DNA of 63,868 nucleotides, filler included, from Octopus bimaculoides (lineage: Eukaryota): the NCBI RefSeq assembly GCF_001194135.2. It is 7 parts of 6 records of this genome, joined end to end, with 100 filler letters (N's around TTAATTAATTAA, not from the genome) between each part and the next. Parts side by side here need not be neighbours in the genome. Positions count along the whole stretch, not along the records: positions 1 to 31,807 come from NC_068984.1; 6 more parts are not named here. One strand, 5' to 3'. The notes under the pieces were generated by a model. It worked only from the letters and a program-made list of their open reading frames with translations. It searched no databases and was not told the origin of the DNA. This document shows, piece after piece, positions 1 to 11,443 of this stretch. Position 1 is the stretch's first letter. Each line of letters opens with the position of its first letter. The translations under genes and the position numbers were made by a program.

Positions 1-200
1 ATACAGAAAATTGCACTACTGGGTACTGCACACATTCTACGCAAAACACTTTCAATACAGCAAACATAAGAGCACCACAGCAAACCACAGCACATACCCA
101 AGGCGCACAGAGCTGCGCTCGGTAGTGAAGTGAAAGCACGTTATAAAAATAAAACTACTGAATAATAATAATAATAACAATAACAAGAACAACAACAACA
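1..200 (+). mobile_element. 3' end of R4/Dong-like RLE LINE (family A) with (TAA)n tail
   Basis: Frame 1 reads IQKIALLGTAHILRKTLSIQQT*, a typical R4-clade RLE C-terminus (QKxxLLGTAxILRK). It is followed by a ~90-bp 3'UTR and (AAT/AAC)n. The same UTR recurs inverted at 3335-3455. Confidence 0.8.
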
Positions 201-1196
201 ACAATATTCCCTTCACCTAGAGAATTATTGACTGAAAATTGTTTTGCTCGCAACACACTCGGTCCCTGGTGCGTGAGAAACTCAGTAAGAAACACAAGAT
301 TAATGATGTATTCCGAATTGAGATTCCAGCAGCTTGTAATTATAAACTTGTTGGACGACAATTATACTCTTCATACGCTTGATCGCTAAAGTCTTGCAAG
401 TGTGGAATCAGGCAAAATTCCGACCGATTTTGTCTCCGTTGTCAGACTAGCATGGCTCTCTTTCTCTCTCTCTCTCTCTTTCTAGAAGAGATAAGAGAAA
501 AAAATGTGTCTGAAGGATTAATCTTTATTCTTTATGTCTTGACTATATCAGCAAACCCAAAGGCACAATCACTGCTCCTTTATAAGACTATCAAAGACAT
601 TACAAGTACTGATGATCTCTCTCTGTGACCAAATATTCATAGAATAAATATAATGGTATCCCAGATAAGACCTTCTTCAGGCTTAGAGAAACCCTCAGAA
701 CACAGCCTTCCTACTTTGAGTGTCAACCCATTGGTATTCTCTTACGGCCCCTGTTGTTTTTTTCTGAAGTTGTATCCTTAATGTCGATATTCGTTCTGAA
801 CTTCAACCGCATCAATTCCATCAGTTCCGGAAAGTTCGGGGGGTGGGGGGTGGATTAAGCACGTAACACTCATCCTCCCGACTAAATAATTTAATAATCT
901 CACCGGTCTCGAAGATTAAGCTAAATGTTATGGGAAATATTTGAAAATTTTAAAGCTTTTAGTTGAAACAGAAACAATCAACATCTGCCAAAATCACATG
1001 CTGGTATGTGTAGCTACGAGTAAATGGAAACACTTTAACCCATCACGTTTGGACCGGCAGAGTTTACCCTAAGTTGTGAAGTTCATATTTTCAGCCCGAG
1101 TTGTGTCGAGAAATTTCGAAATATATCTATGATGACACTGCGATAGACAAATTGATTGCGAGATAATATAATAAAACACCCTGTTATGTAATCATA

Positions 1197-1592
1197 GGAG
1201 TGGCTGTGTGGTAAGTAGCTTGCTTACGAACCACATGGTCCCGGGTTCAGTCCTACTGCGTGGCATCTTGGGCAAATGTCTTCTACTATAGCCTCAAGCT
1301 GACCAAAGCCTTGTGAGGGGATTTGGTAGACGGAAACTGAAAGAAGCCCGTCGTATATATGTATATATGTGTATGTATGTATGTGTATATGTTTGTGTGT
1401 GTGTGTCCCTGCACCAACATCGTTTGACAGCCGATGCTGGTGTGTTTACGTCCCCGTAACTTAGCGGTTCGGCAAAAGGGACCGATAGAATAAGTAGCAG
1501 GCTTACAAAGAATAAGTCCTGCGGTCGATTTGCTCGACTAAAGGCGGTGCTCCAGCATGGCCACAGTCAAATGACTGAAACAAGTAAAAGAG
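1197..1592 (+). mobile_element. tRNA-derived SINE, family A (full length, internal microsatellite)
   Basis: A-box-like TGGCTGTGTGGT, B-box-like GGTTCAGTCC, CORE-like CTTGGGCAAATGTC, internal (TATG/TG)n, 3' end ...GACTGAAACAAGTAAAAGA. At least 8 related copies occur in the window. Confidence 0.85.
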
Positions 1593-2084
1593 GTATGTAT
1601 TTAGGCAAGGATCTGTATTTAAATGTATTAAAAGCCTTACAGCCAATGTGCACAACATTCCTTTCATAAAATGGGGTCTCTTAGTATCTGTAACTGCAAC
1701 GAGATCACAATAATTCTGCTGCTACAAACATGGCGTGGATCACGATATCTTATCTAATGGATTTTACTTTATTCTCAAATCCTCTTCTAACTGAATTAAT
1801 GGAACCGGTACAATTGTTAGATTTCAATACACAGTTTAAGCAGGATTATTTTTGACAAAGGATATTCTCAGGAAATATTCCATTAGTGGCAGTGGTGAAA
1901 ATAACAGCCCTTCACCCCTCAACCGTACCAATAATTCGATCCGGTTATCTTCGATACCGGGTTTAAATGGAAATACGAATGTGAAAGAATAGAGGCACAG
2001 GTCCAATGACTGTAATGATATTTGGTTTATCGTCATCATCATCCTTATTGTTATTATTATCATTATCATTATTATTATTATTAA

Positions 2085-2204
2085 GGCCGTGAGTTGGCAG
2101 AATCGTTGGTACGCCGGAAAAATGCTTAGCGGTATTTCGTCCGTCTTTACCTTCTGAATTCAAATTCTGCCGCAGTCGACTTTGCCTTTCATCATTTCGA
2201 GGTC
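2085..2204 (+). mobile_element. SINE family B, 5' part
   Basis: GGCCGTGAGTTGGCAGAATCG...TTCAAATTCTGCCGCAGTCGACTTTGCCTTTCATC matches other B copies (3696, 26093, 31286). It starts directly after an (ATT)n run. Confidence 0.8.
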
Positions 2205-3325
2205 TCTCCCTCTGGCTTGTGTTCATACCACTGTTTGGCTCTCTCGAGGTTTGCTTTACCGCACAGCAGCCAGTGGACATATCTGGCCACATTGTCGTGT
2301 CTCCTTTTGTATTTGCGTTGTGCGAGCTTACACCACTCACTAACAATATGGCTTATACTTTCTCTCTTCTCGGAGCACATCCTACACTGTGGCGAGTCAG
2401 TGCTTTTATCGATGTGATATTTAGAGTAGTTTGTTCTTAGAGCTTGTTCTTGAGCGCTGCACACTGATACCCCAGTGCGCCCTTTTAAGTCTCCTTTCTG
2501 CAGCCATTGCCAGGTTCTATTCCAGTTAATTCTATCTTNNNNNNNNNNNNNNNNNNNNNNNNNNNNNNNNNNNNNNNNNNNNNNNNNNNNNNNNNNNNNN
2601 NNNNNNNNNNNNNNNNNNNNNNNNNNNNNNNNNNNNNNNNNNNNNNNNNNNNNNNNNNNNNTATCTGGTCACATTGTCGGGTCTCCTTTTATATTCGCGT
2701 TGTGAGAGCTTACAGCACTCACTAACAATACGGCTTATACTTTCTCTCTTCTCAGAGCACATCCTACACTGTGGCGAGTCAGTGCTTTTATCGATGTGAT
2801 ATTTAGAGTAATTTGTTTTGTGAGCATGTTCTTGAGCGCTGCACACTAATGCCTCAGTGGGCCCTTTGAAGTCTCCTTTCTGCAGCCATTGCCAGGTTCT
2901 ATTCCAGTTAATTCTATCTTTATTCTTTAAGAACTGACTGTACATTTTCTTGTCTTGCCAAATTTTCTTCATCTGCTCCCTCTGGTCTTTCTTAAATTGT
3001 ATTGGATCTACGGTTTCGTGCATTTTTATGGTTCCCTGCGTCAATCATTTCTTCTTTATTCTCCTTGACATACCAAGCCAGGCTTTTCTCCTCTTTCCTT
3101 ATACAAACTTCACAACACACTAATCCCCGTCCTCCTTCCCTTCTCTTTACATACAATCTTGACTCATCACTCTTAGGGTGTAGTTCCTTGTTCATTATCA
3201 TAAATTTGCGTGTTCTCCGGTCTATCTCTTGTAATTCATGCTTCTTCCAAGATACTATTCTTGCCCTTATAACTCATAAAAAAAAAACAGCCCACGTGTT
3301 AATTTCTCCACTCGTATAGCGGCCT
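2205..3325 (-). pseudogene. R4/Dong-clade LINE fragment (RT C-terminus to CCHC knuckle), partly duplicated across a gap
   Basis: Motifs INTWAV, MNKELHPKSDESRLYVKRREGGRGL, WLQKGDFKGPTEALVCSAQE, CRMCSEKRESISHIVSEWCKLAQRKYKRRHDNVAR and WYEHKP; frameshifts and stops present. Confidence 0.85.
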
Positions 3326-3590
3326 ATTATTATTATTGTTCAGTAGTTTTATTTTTATAACGTGCTTTCACTTCACTACCGAGTGCAGCTCTGTGTGCCT
3401 TGGGTATGTGCTGTGGTTGCTCTTATGGTTACTGTATTGAAAGTATTTTGCGTAGGATGAAGTTCATACCAGTAAGCAGGAGTGCTGATTTTGTAGTGTT
3501 TACATATTTTCGGATGTAAATACTGTTCTACCCTATCATGGCGATTTTTGCATTCGTTTGGTGTCAGCACAGGATATCCCGAAACGAGAT
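3326..3590 (-). mobile_element. Internally deleted family A RLE LINE copy flanked by (TAA)n
   Basis: ...KNRHDRVEQYLHPKICKHYKISTPAYWYELHP is joined directly to ILRKILSIQ* plus the same 3'UTR as 1-160. (TTA)n lies on both sides. Confidence 0.8.
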
Positions 3591-3594
3591 ATTT

Positions 3595-3616
3595 TATTAT
3601 TATTTATTTATTTATG

Positions 3617-3676
<60 letters not shown>

Positions 3677-3686
3677 CATTATTATA
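3595..3686. repeat. (TTA)n microsatellite
   Basis: Directly visible long TTA run. Confidence 0.95.
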
Positions 3687-3695
3687 GCGCTAGTG

Positions 3696-3885
3696 AAGGC
3701 GGCGAGCTGGCAGAATCGTTAGCACCCCGGGCGAAATGCTTAGCGGTATTTCGTCTGCCGCTACGTTCTGAGTTCAAATTTCGCAGAGGTCGACTTTGCC
3801 TTGCATCCTTTCGGGGTCGATTAAGTAAGTGCCAGTTACGCACTGGGGTCGATTGCCCTTGTGGAAAAAATTTGAAATCATTATT
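3696..3885 (+). mobile_element. SINE family B
   Basis: AAGGCGGCGAGCTGGCAGAATCGTTAGCAC...CATCCTTTCGGGGTCGAT...CTGGGGTCGAT, ending TTTGAAATCATTATT. Confidence 0.85.
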
Positions 3886-3899
3886 GCGCCAATGCATAC

Positions 3900-4870
3900 T
3901 AATTTAGTGAGCAGGTACTTTATCTTGATGTCTGATGACAACAAATCTCCGCAAATCTCAAGAGTTTTTCTTCGAATTATAACAGAATATAGGAGTGTAC
4001 TTTTCTTCAGATCACCAATACGAGTTTCAATTCCAATCCATTTCGGTCTTTTAGACAGCACTTTGGGTGTTGTGCCAAGTACACCTATTACTACGGAACA
4101 ATTGCTGTCTTCGTCTCCCCCAGTCTCCTCAGCTCTCTGTCTAGATGTTGGTGTTTCACACTATTTTCCATTTCTTTGTTATTAATTCTCCAGTCACAGG
4201 GAATTGCAAATTCTTTGACCTTACACTGTTTATTTTATCCTCTATAATCATGGCTAGTCTTTCTGTTTCAGTAGTACGGTCAGTCTTTATGGCAAAGTCC
4301 CAGAAGATCTTCTAATTCTCATTCTTTATCACAGCCTCTGCTTCGTGTTCCTGCCACTTTTCTGTTGGTTTGAAGCTGCATACTCGACTAATATCCCAAT
4401 GCAGTCTTTTGCCTACACATGTCTGCGCTTGTATTCCTTTTATGCTAGTTTACTGCACACACTCAAAATGTGATTGATACTCTCGTGTTATTTCCTACAG
4501 ATTCTATAATTGCTGTCGGACTGAGTTTTGTCGATCTTTGCCTTGATCTGATTTGTTCTAGGGCTTTGTTCATAAGCGGCTATAATTAACCTTTCTGTTT
4601 CTCGTTTCTAGTTCCCGTCCGTCAACCAAAACCAGTGGGTTTCACTTCCAACATTTTCGGTTTGTTACATGAATTGGCCATGTAGTTACATTTCTTTCCA
4701 CCTGTTCATTCAGTTGTTCTTCCTTTTCTCTTTGAATTCTCTTACTATTTCAGTCATTTTTTGTATCTCTGGCTGCCAAATGTATTCTTTTTTTACTCTG
4801 TACATCATTTTTCAGCGCCAGTATCGCAGTACCAACATTGTCTTTCGAGTTTAATAGTCCCTTGCCACCT
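3900..4870 (-). pseudogene. R4-clade LINE fragment (CCHC knuckle plus RLE to C-terminus), distinct subfamily
   Basis: Minus strand reads KRETERLIIAAYEQSPRTNQIKAKIDKTQSDSNYRICRK*HESINHILSVCSKLA*KEYKRRH, KIFWDFAIKTDR and GVLGTTPKVLSKRPKWIGIETRIGDLKKSTLLYSVIIRRKTLEI. Confidence 0.8.
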
Positions 4871-4879
4871 ACATCTATT

Positions 4880-5185
4880 ATTCTATAAGTATTTTCTTCA
4901 CTGTCTCTCATGCCTATGTCTGTTCGATTAGCCTGAATCGTTCTGTCGGCGTTGACTGGAAAATCCCAGAGGATACTGACATTTTTACCTTCAACGACTG
5001 AGCCAGGATGAAGTTCATACCAGTAAGCAGGAATGCCGATTTTGTAGTGTTTACATATTTTCTAACGGAAATATTATCCTACCCTATCGTGAGAATTTTT
5101 GTATTCGTTTGGTGTCAGCACAGGACATCCCGAGACAAGATGGTGTACAACTTCGTCAAATGTGTCGCAGAAACTGAATTTAGGG
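4880..5185 (-). pseudogene. Family A RLE LINE internal fragment (CCHC knuckle plus start of RLE)
   Basis: CDTFDEVVHHLVSGCPVLTPNEYKNSHDRVG...WYELHPGSVVEGKNVSILWDFPVNADRTIQANRTDI. Nucleotide match to 3455-3590. Confidence 0.8.
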
Positions 5186-5229
5186 TCAGAGTCAGGATCT
5201 CATCATCATCATCATCGTCATCATCATCT

Positions 5230-5564
5230 TTATTGTTATTATTGAGTGAGAGAGCAGCGCATGCCATCAAAGTGACACTGGGGTAAACTATACGAAACCC
5301 AGTATGCCCATCATGACTACCCATCTGATAAGGGTACACCAGTCACATGCATCACAACCATATGTGCGCAACATGATTTTATATCAAGATAAACAGAGCA
5401 TGACCTTGCAGGTGGGAGCCCAGTTAGAATTTTCTTCGGGTCGAGTAACCCATCGCGCCCAAAAGGTCCCTGAATAAGGGTTGTTTAAGGATGTTGAATG
5501 AAACACCTATGTCTCCAAAAGTGAATTATCCAAACCCCAAAGAATTCCTTTCAACACATGGCTA
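5230..5564 (-). mobile_element. Non-coding (AAT)n-tailed retroposon-like repeat, 5'-truncated copy
   Basis: Clearly homologous to 5576-5870. On the minus strand it ends ...CTCTCTCACTC followed by an AAT-type tail. Confidence 0.7.
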
Positions 5565-6088
5565 TTATTATTATTGAGTGAGAGAGCAGTGCATGCTATC
5601 AAATTGCCACTGGGGTAAAATATACGAAGCCCATTATGCCCATCATGACTACCCGTCTGATAAGGGTACATCAGGCACATGCATCACAACCATATGTGCA
5701 AGACATGGTGATCTCAAATCAAATTAAACAGCGCATGACCTCGCAGGTGGGGTCCAGTTAGAATTTTCTTTAGGTCCCTGAATAAGGTTTGTTTAAGGAT
5801 GTTGAACAAAACAGCCATGTTTCCAAAGGTGAATTATTTAAACCTCAAAGAATTCCTCTCAACACATGGCTATGATGCTCCCCCACTACTTCTGCTCCTG
5901 ATCAGAGATGCATATATTGTCAGCCACCAAGGGACATGCTCAACTGGTTCAGGTCAAACAACTGACAAGCAAATCTGTGGTATTGAGCAGAATATTTGCC
6001 GTAGCCGATCTGTTATATCAAGACAAAACAATGTACATGATAACACTTCCAGTCAATTAAGATCAGAAGCCATGAGAGCCACTGCCTG
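5565..6088 (-). mobile_element. Non-coding (AAT)n-tailed retroposon-like repeat, longer copy
   Basis: Same 3' terminus and tail as 5230-5564, extending about 220 bp further 5'. No convincing ORF or tRNA head. Confidence 0.7.
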
Positions 6089-6094
6089 ACGCAC

Positions 6095-6360
6095 AAAAGT
6101 CTAGACTGTTGTAAAAGAAAACTTCCTAACATCGGGCTACAACAAGTAACCATAGATCCAAGGACCTTCTTAAGTATCCTAGCTCTCCCTGATAACACTG
6201 TTTTCTTGAGCTGTACTAGACTAGGTTTTGTGCCTATTCCCCCTATCCATATTCTCAAATATTTAGGGATAGTTCCTAATACACCTATAACTACAGGTAT
6301 ACATTTTACCTGCGCGTTCCATAGTCTCTGTAACTCAATGGCTAGGTCCTGGTAGTTTAT
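6095..6360 (-). pseudogene. R4-clade LINE 3' end (RLE C-terminus)
   Basis: KINYQDLAIELQRLWNAQVKCIPVVIGVLGTIPKYL...LVQLKKTVLSGRARILKKVLG. Confidence 0.8.
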
Positions 6361-6490
6361 TTTCTCGGCCCCGAAAGGATGAAAGTCAGAGTTGACTTCG
6401 GTGGAGTATGAACTCAGAATGCAATGTGTCATGAGAAATAACGCGAATAATTTCTTCCGACGCTCTAACGATTCCGCCAGCTGGCTACTC
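6345..6490 (-). mobile_element. SINE family B 5' part, abutting the LINE fragment
   Basis: Minus strand: CAGCTGGCGGAATCGTTAGAGCGTCGG...TTCATCCTTTCGGGGCCGAGAAAATAAACTACCAG. Confidence 0.7.
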
Positions 6491-7169
6491 TTCTTCTGCG
6501 TTTCATCTTTTCAGCGATGCTGTGTATAATATCCAGGTTGAATTATGGCTCGATAATCATGAGTACAAAGTAAGATGAAGATAGCGATTAACATTTGATT
6601 AACACAAGGAACTGAGCAGCGAATCATTTGTAAGATGATATTCCAAGACGTGTTACTATCTCAGAAGCGGTGGGCTGGGTCGAACTATAAAATGTTGTGA
6701 CGCAAAGAGTTCTTTACATGTTCAGTATTTCAAGCAGCTTTGCCATGTTTGTTTATTTGCACATTTCTTGAGAGACATGTCAATATATAATTTCATTTCT
6801 GAGAGAAACTTCATACATGATATGTCTCATTTGCTGTTCTTTATAATTTACTCTCATGAGAACGTCCTTTTGTATATATTTAACTATTTGCAGGCCGACA
6901 TATCTTCATGGATATCTCGATTGTCCATGAAATACAGTCGCTCGAAAATGTTATAAATTGCATCGCCTACTCATTAATTACCTGAGTAGGTATCAAAGAA
7001 ATAGATCACTTTTGACATATTCACCTTCCTTTCGTATCAGTCTCCCATTTTTGTAGAGACAACTTAGAAGAAAACGATTTGTTTTGCCAAATATCGTATA
7101 ACTTTCTGTTTTCATGAAATATTTATCTAGACTCCTTTCACAGTATGTATGCATATTATATATATTCAT

Positions 7170-7185
7170 ATAAGAGAGAGAGAGA

Positions 7186-7244
<59 letters not shown>

Positions 7245-7249
7245 AGAGA

Positions 7250-7292
<43 letters not shown>
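7170..7292. repeat. (AG)n/(GATA)n microsatellite
   Basis: Directly visible. Confidence 0.95.
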
Positions 7293-7297
<5 letters not shown>

Positions 7298-7653
7298 GAG
7301 AAAGAAAGACAGAAATTATAGATGAATGCATGAGTATATACAGATATGTCACCCTGCATTTTTCCATACACGTTCACACATTAATACCAGACACCACGTA
7401 CTTTTACATACTTACCCACCGTTCTGTTTTATCTTAGTCTGCTGAACAGTTAAATAACTATTCCTCAAAACCTTCAGCTGTTCCCTGCTATTTACATATC
7501 AATCAACCATCTCTTCCATACTCGGAATCGTTTGTTATTCCTATTAAAATGAAGTGAACCAAGTCGCATCGAATGAAAACTGATGCAGTAGACCTTATCT
7601 CCACAGCAATTAACCCCTCTATGTTAATGATTGCATCGACAACATTGTATTTG

Positions 7654-7950
7654 TATTGTGCTGAGTCAAAAGTTTTGTAATTTTTTGGTAGCTTATTTGC
7701 TTTATTTTCCGAGTAGCAACTAAAGCAGCCTAGCATTCAAAGTAGAGGCCATCGTGTTGCACCGTCTGAAGCCACCGTTTTGCCAGTTCTTTGATTCCAC
7801 GCCGATACCAGTTCTTGTCCTTCGAGGCGAAGAACTCCTTCACTGAAGCTTCCACCTCCTCTTGGTTGATGAAGCGTCGCGATCACAGAAAGTGAGCCAT
7901 GGAGCGGAAGAAGTAATAATCCATGGGGGATATTTCTCCACAATCCCAAC
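7654..7950 (-). mobile_element. mariner 3' fragment with probable 3' TIR
   Basis: DYYFFRSMAHFL*SRRFINQEEVEASVKEFFASKDKNWYRRGIKELAKRWLQTVQHDGLYFEC*. The terminal CAAAACTTTTGACTCAGCACAATA resembles the end of the 33985 copy. Confidence 0.8.
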
Positions 7951-8068
7951 NNNNNNNNNNNNNNNNNNNNNNNNNNNNNNNNNNNNNNNNNNNNNNNNNN
8001 NNNNNNNNNNNNNNNNNNNNNNNNNNNNNNNNNNNNNNNNNNNNNNNNNNNNNNNNNNNNNNNNNNNN

Positions 8069-8345
8069 TGGTAGAATTGTGAAAGAATAATTCCCTAAGA
8101 ATTCGTTCTGGACGGTCGAACCATCGATGCCAACTTGTACTCCGAACAATTGAAGCGGATGCGTGCCGCTGTGTCACCAAAATACCTAGCATTGTTTAAT
8201 TTAACAGAAAGCGAGCTCTTCTGCAAGTAGGTAGCACAAAAACCTCTCCCCGCTCGAATGGCTCGGAATAAACTTTAGGAACTTGAGGAAATCAAACTGA
8301 TACCATACCCAGCATACAAACCGGACCTTGCTCCCTATGATCATT
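8069..8345 (+). mobile_element. mariner catalytic-domain fragment, same family
   Basis: NCERIIP*EFVLDGRTIDANLYSEQLKRM...ELEEIKLIPYPAYKPDLAPYDH (decayed YSPDLAP motif). Confidence 0.75.
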
Positions 8346-9803
8346 TGCAGCTCTGGAAATCTATCGACGTCTCAATACAAAGCTTTTATTTTCTATTTCT
8401 CATAAAATCACTTAAACAGTTCATATTTCTTTCTCTAATTTAAATGTTCATCTTTTCTTTCAGCGATAACTAGAACAATCCCTGCACACTCACTCACTAC
8501 ATAATAAACATTAGCAAAACGTATTTTCCCTGAGAGCAGCAATGAATAGTTTACAACGTACACCAACACTGTTATTTTTACTGCGTCGAATGAGATCTTT
8601 CACTCAGTACAATAACTCTTTTACCTGGCTTTTATCGTTTTTGTAACATCTCCAGGCATTCTGGATCAATTACTAAGTACTCTATATCTCCACACATCTG
8701 TGGGTTTCCATTACACAAACTGATTTCTTGCCTTAATTCATTCTTAATCCGTCGTTATACATACGGATCCCATAAACATCGTAATTCGTACGAAAATGAG
8801 GTAAATCTTTTCTTGAGTAAACTATGGAATAGTTAAGTAACTGAGAGTTATGAGAATCGTCTATGAAACAGAAATATAATGGAATTGAAAGGCAAGCGTT
8901 ATCCCATACAAAATAGATACGGTATCGGAACTATGCTTAATTTCAACGTGTTATTTTCTGGTCTTTTCATCCGGGCTACTAAGGAATAAGTATTCTAAAT
9001 TGCCTAGCATATCGGGATTTAGCTAACAGCGCTCAGTCGACCTTCAAGTGAACGAGAGAAAAGGATGTATCATTTGTTAAAAGGTATCGCCTTCAACGAT
9101 TTCTCTAATGAGGTTAATTTGAGAACTCTAAAATGCCTAATTGGTTTAAAAATAAAATTATGAATATATAAATTCAAACAGAGCCAAGATATATTATATA
9201 TTCTAGCAGAAGAACCGTCCTCTGGGCAGTTTACTGCAAGTTGGTTAATGATTCTCCAGCTATATAACTTTTCTGATATGGTATTTATAATTTACCCTTG
9301 AGTCCTTTAGTCGTGTAATAGCACTCCCTCGTTCGGTAAATTCTGAGTATCACTACAGAAATGTGTGAAATGTGCCCTGCCGAATTGTTTCCTCATAGCA
9401 TTCTGAAAATGGATATTTTATTAATATTCATTTTTGAGTTTGTTTAAAAGAGAGAGATCAAGATTGCGATAAAATATAATCAATATTAATGTTTCCCATA
9501 ATGTACAAGTGCTAAATTTGTTAACGTAACTGAGTTTTATGCTGAAGTAAGTGGATTTCTGCAGATCCTATGAAACACGTGCATTATCTAAAGCATTAAG
9601 AATAATAAAGCTTTGTATGTTCCTTTTTTTTTTTTTTGTAAATATGCCGTGCGTGGACTCCGCACACTAACCTACCTGGGAGTTATGAAGTTTGTCCAAC
9701 CACAACGGAGGTAGAAGTTGAGAGTGGCAACGGACTACCACGCCCATATCTTTTGGTAACGTATCACGCGTTTCTGCGGAGATCTTGAAGTATGCAGGCA
9801 CAG

Positions 9804-9839
<36 letters not shown>

Positions 9840-10110
9840 TCACTCACATACGTTCACATACACTCACTCATACACACACAAACATACATACTCACTCACA
9901 TACACTCACTCACACACACACACACACACACACATCAGGGGCGTATATTCCAGGTGTGTGCTGCGCACCCATCGAAAATGGCAGATTCATCAAAAACCTC
10001 ACTCATTAATTTAATCAGAGATCTTAATGGAAAGCTTTTGTTATATATCCATGCTTGAAATTTGGTCGCATTGTGTGTGGCAGCACACTCAATACAACAC
10101 ACTATACCAC

Positions 10111-10174
<64 letters not shown>

Positions 10175-10232
10175 NNNNNNNNNNNNNNNNNNNNNNNNNN
10201 NNNNNNNNNNNNNNNNNNNNNNNNNNNNNNNN

Positions 10233-10440
10233 GGAGGTGAAATCACACTCCCTGTGCATGCTCGAAGATCTTCGCGCCGGCAGGCCGCGTCAGTTCCTTG
10301 CTGTTACGCCTAGAGTACAGATGTGTAGAGAGTGCTTGTCGGATTTTTTTTTTTTTACCGAATGCATGGAACAGAGATATTACATCAAGTTTTGCCAAAA
10401 GCTTGGCGATACTCAAGCTGAAACCAATCTTAGACTCAAT
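10233..10440 (+). mobile_element. mariner 5' fragment
   Basis: MEQRYYIKFCQKLGDTQAET, the start of a mariner HTH. Confidence 0.7.
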
Positions 10441-10444
10441 TCAT

Positions 10445-10917
10445 ATGGCTATGTAAAGCCACTGGTGACTGTGGCCAGAGAGGGCTGCTACTGGAAGGCC
10501 ATATGTGTGGCAGCAGGATTCGACTCTTTGCTATACTTCTTGAAAGAGTCAGAAGAGTCTTATGACCTCACCGGCGCGAATTTCAGGTTGCCTGTTTCCC
10601 ACAATTGTAATTCCATGGATTAATACGTGTGGGGCACAGTTGAGAAAGACGCCACTCGCTCTGCCTGTAATACCAAGGCCGAGCTGGTAGCCAAAATCAA
10701 GGGGCTGTTCAAATATCTCCCCAGAGACACAGTGAGAAACGCATGCGCTAGGTTCTGGAGCCAACTTGAGATCATAGGCGGTTACTTCAAGTAAACTGTT
10801 CTCTCCCAGCCGTAATACAGCTGATACGTTTTGAAATTTTAAATACTTTGATACTTGGAAAGGGTATTGCTTTCTTTTCCTTTTATGCAAACTGTCAAAC
10901 TTATTCCGAACACACTG
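10445..10917 (+). mobile_element. DD37D (maT)-type Tc1/mariner 3' fragment with 3' TIR
   Basis: CNSMD*YVWGTVEKDATRSACNTKAELVAKIK...VRNACARFWSQLE...GGYFK*. Ends CTTATTCCGAACACACTG followed by TA. Confidence 0.7.
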
Positions 10918-10924
10918 TATATAC

Positions 10925-10964
<40 letters not shown>

Positions 10965-11398
10965 NNNNNNNNNNNNNNNNNNNNNNNNNNNNNNNNNNNN
11001 NNNNNNNNNNNNNNNNNNNNNNNNNNNNNNNNNNNNNNNNNNNNNNNNNNNNNNNNNNNNNNNNNNNNNNNNNNNNNNNNNNNNNNNNNNNNNNNNNNNN
11101 NNNNNNNNNNNNNNNNNNNNNNNNNNNNNNNNNNNNNNNNNNNNNNNNNNNNNNNNNNNNNNNNNNNNNNNNNNNNNNNNNNNNNNNNNNNNNNNNNNNN
11201 NNNNNNNNNNNNNNNNNNNNNNNNNNNNNNNNNNNNNNNNNNNNNNNNNNNNNNNNNNNNNNNNNNNNNNNNNNNNNNNNNNNNNNNNNNNNNNNNNNNN
11301 NNNNNNNNNNNNNNNNNNNNNNNNNNNNNNNNNNNNNNNNNNNNNNNNNNNNNNNNNNNNNNNNNNNNNNNNNNNNNNNNNNNNNNNNNNNNNNNNNN

Positions 11399-11443
<45 letters not shown>

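Noticed and set aside
2279-2915. ~260-bp direct duplication of LINE sequence (2279-2538 versus 2662-2915)
   Set aside because: The duplicated ends coincide exactly with the edges of the N gap, typical of unmerged overlapping contigs (alleles or paralogues). Not accepted as a real tandem duplication without long reads.
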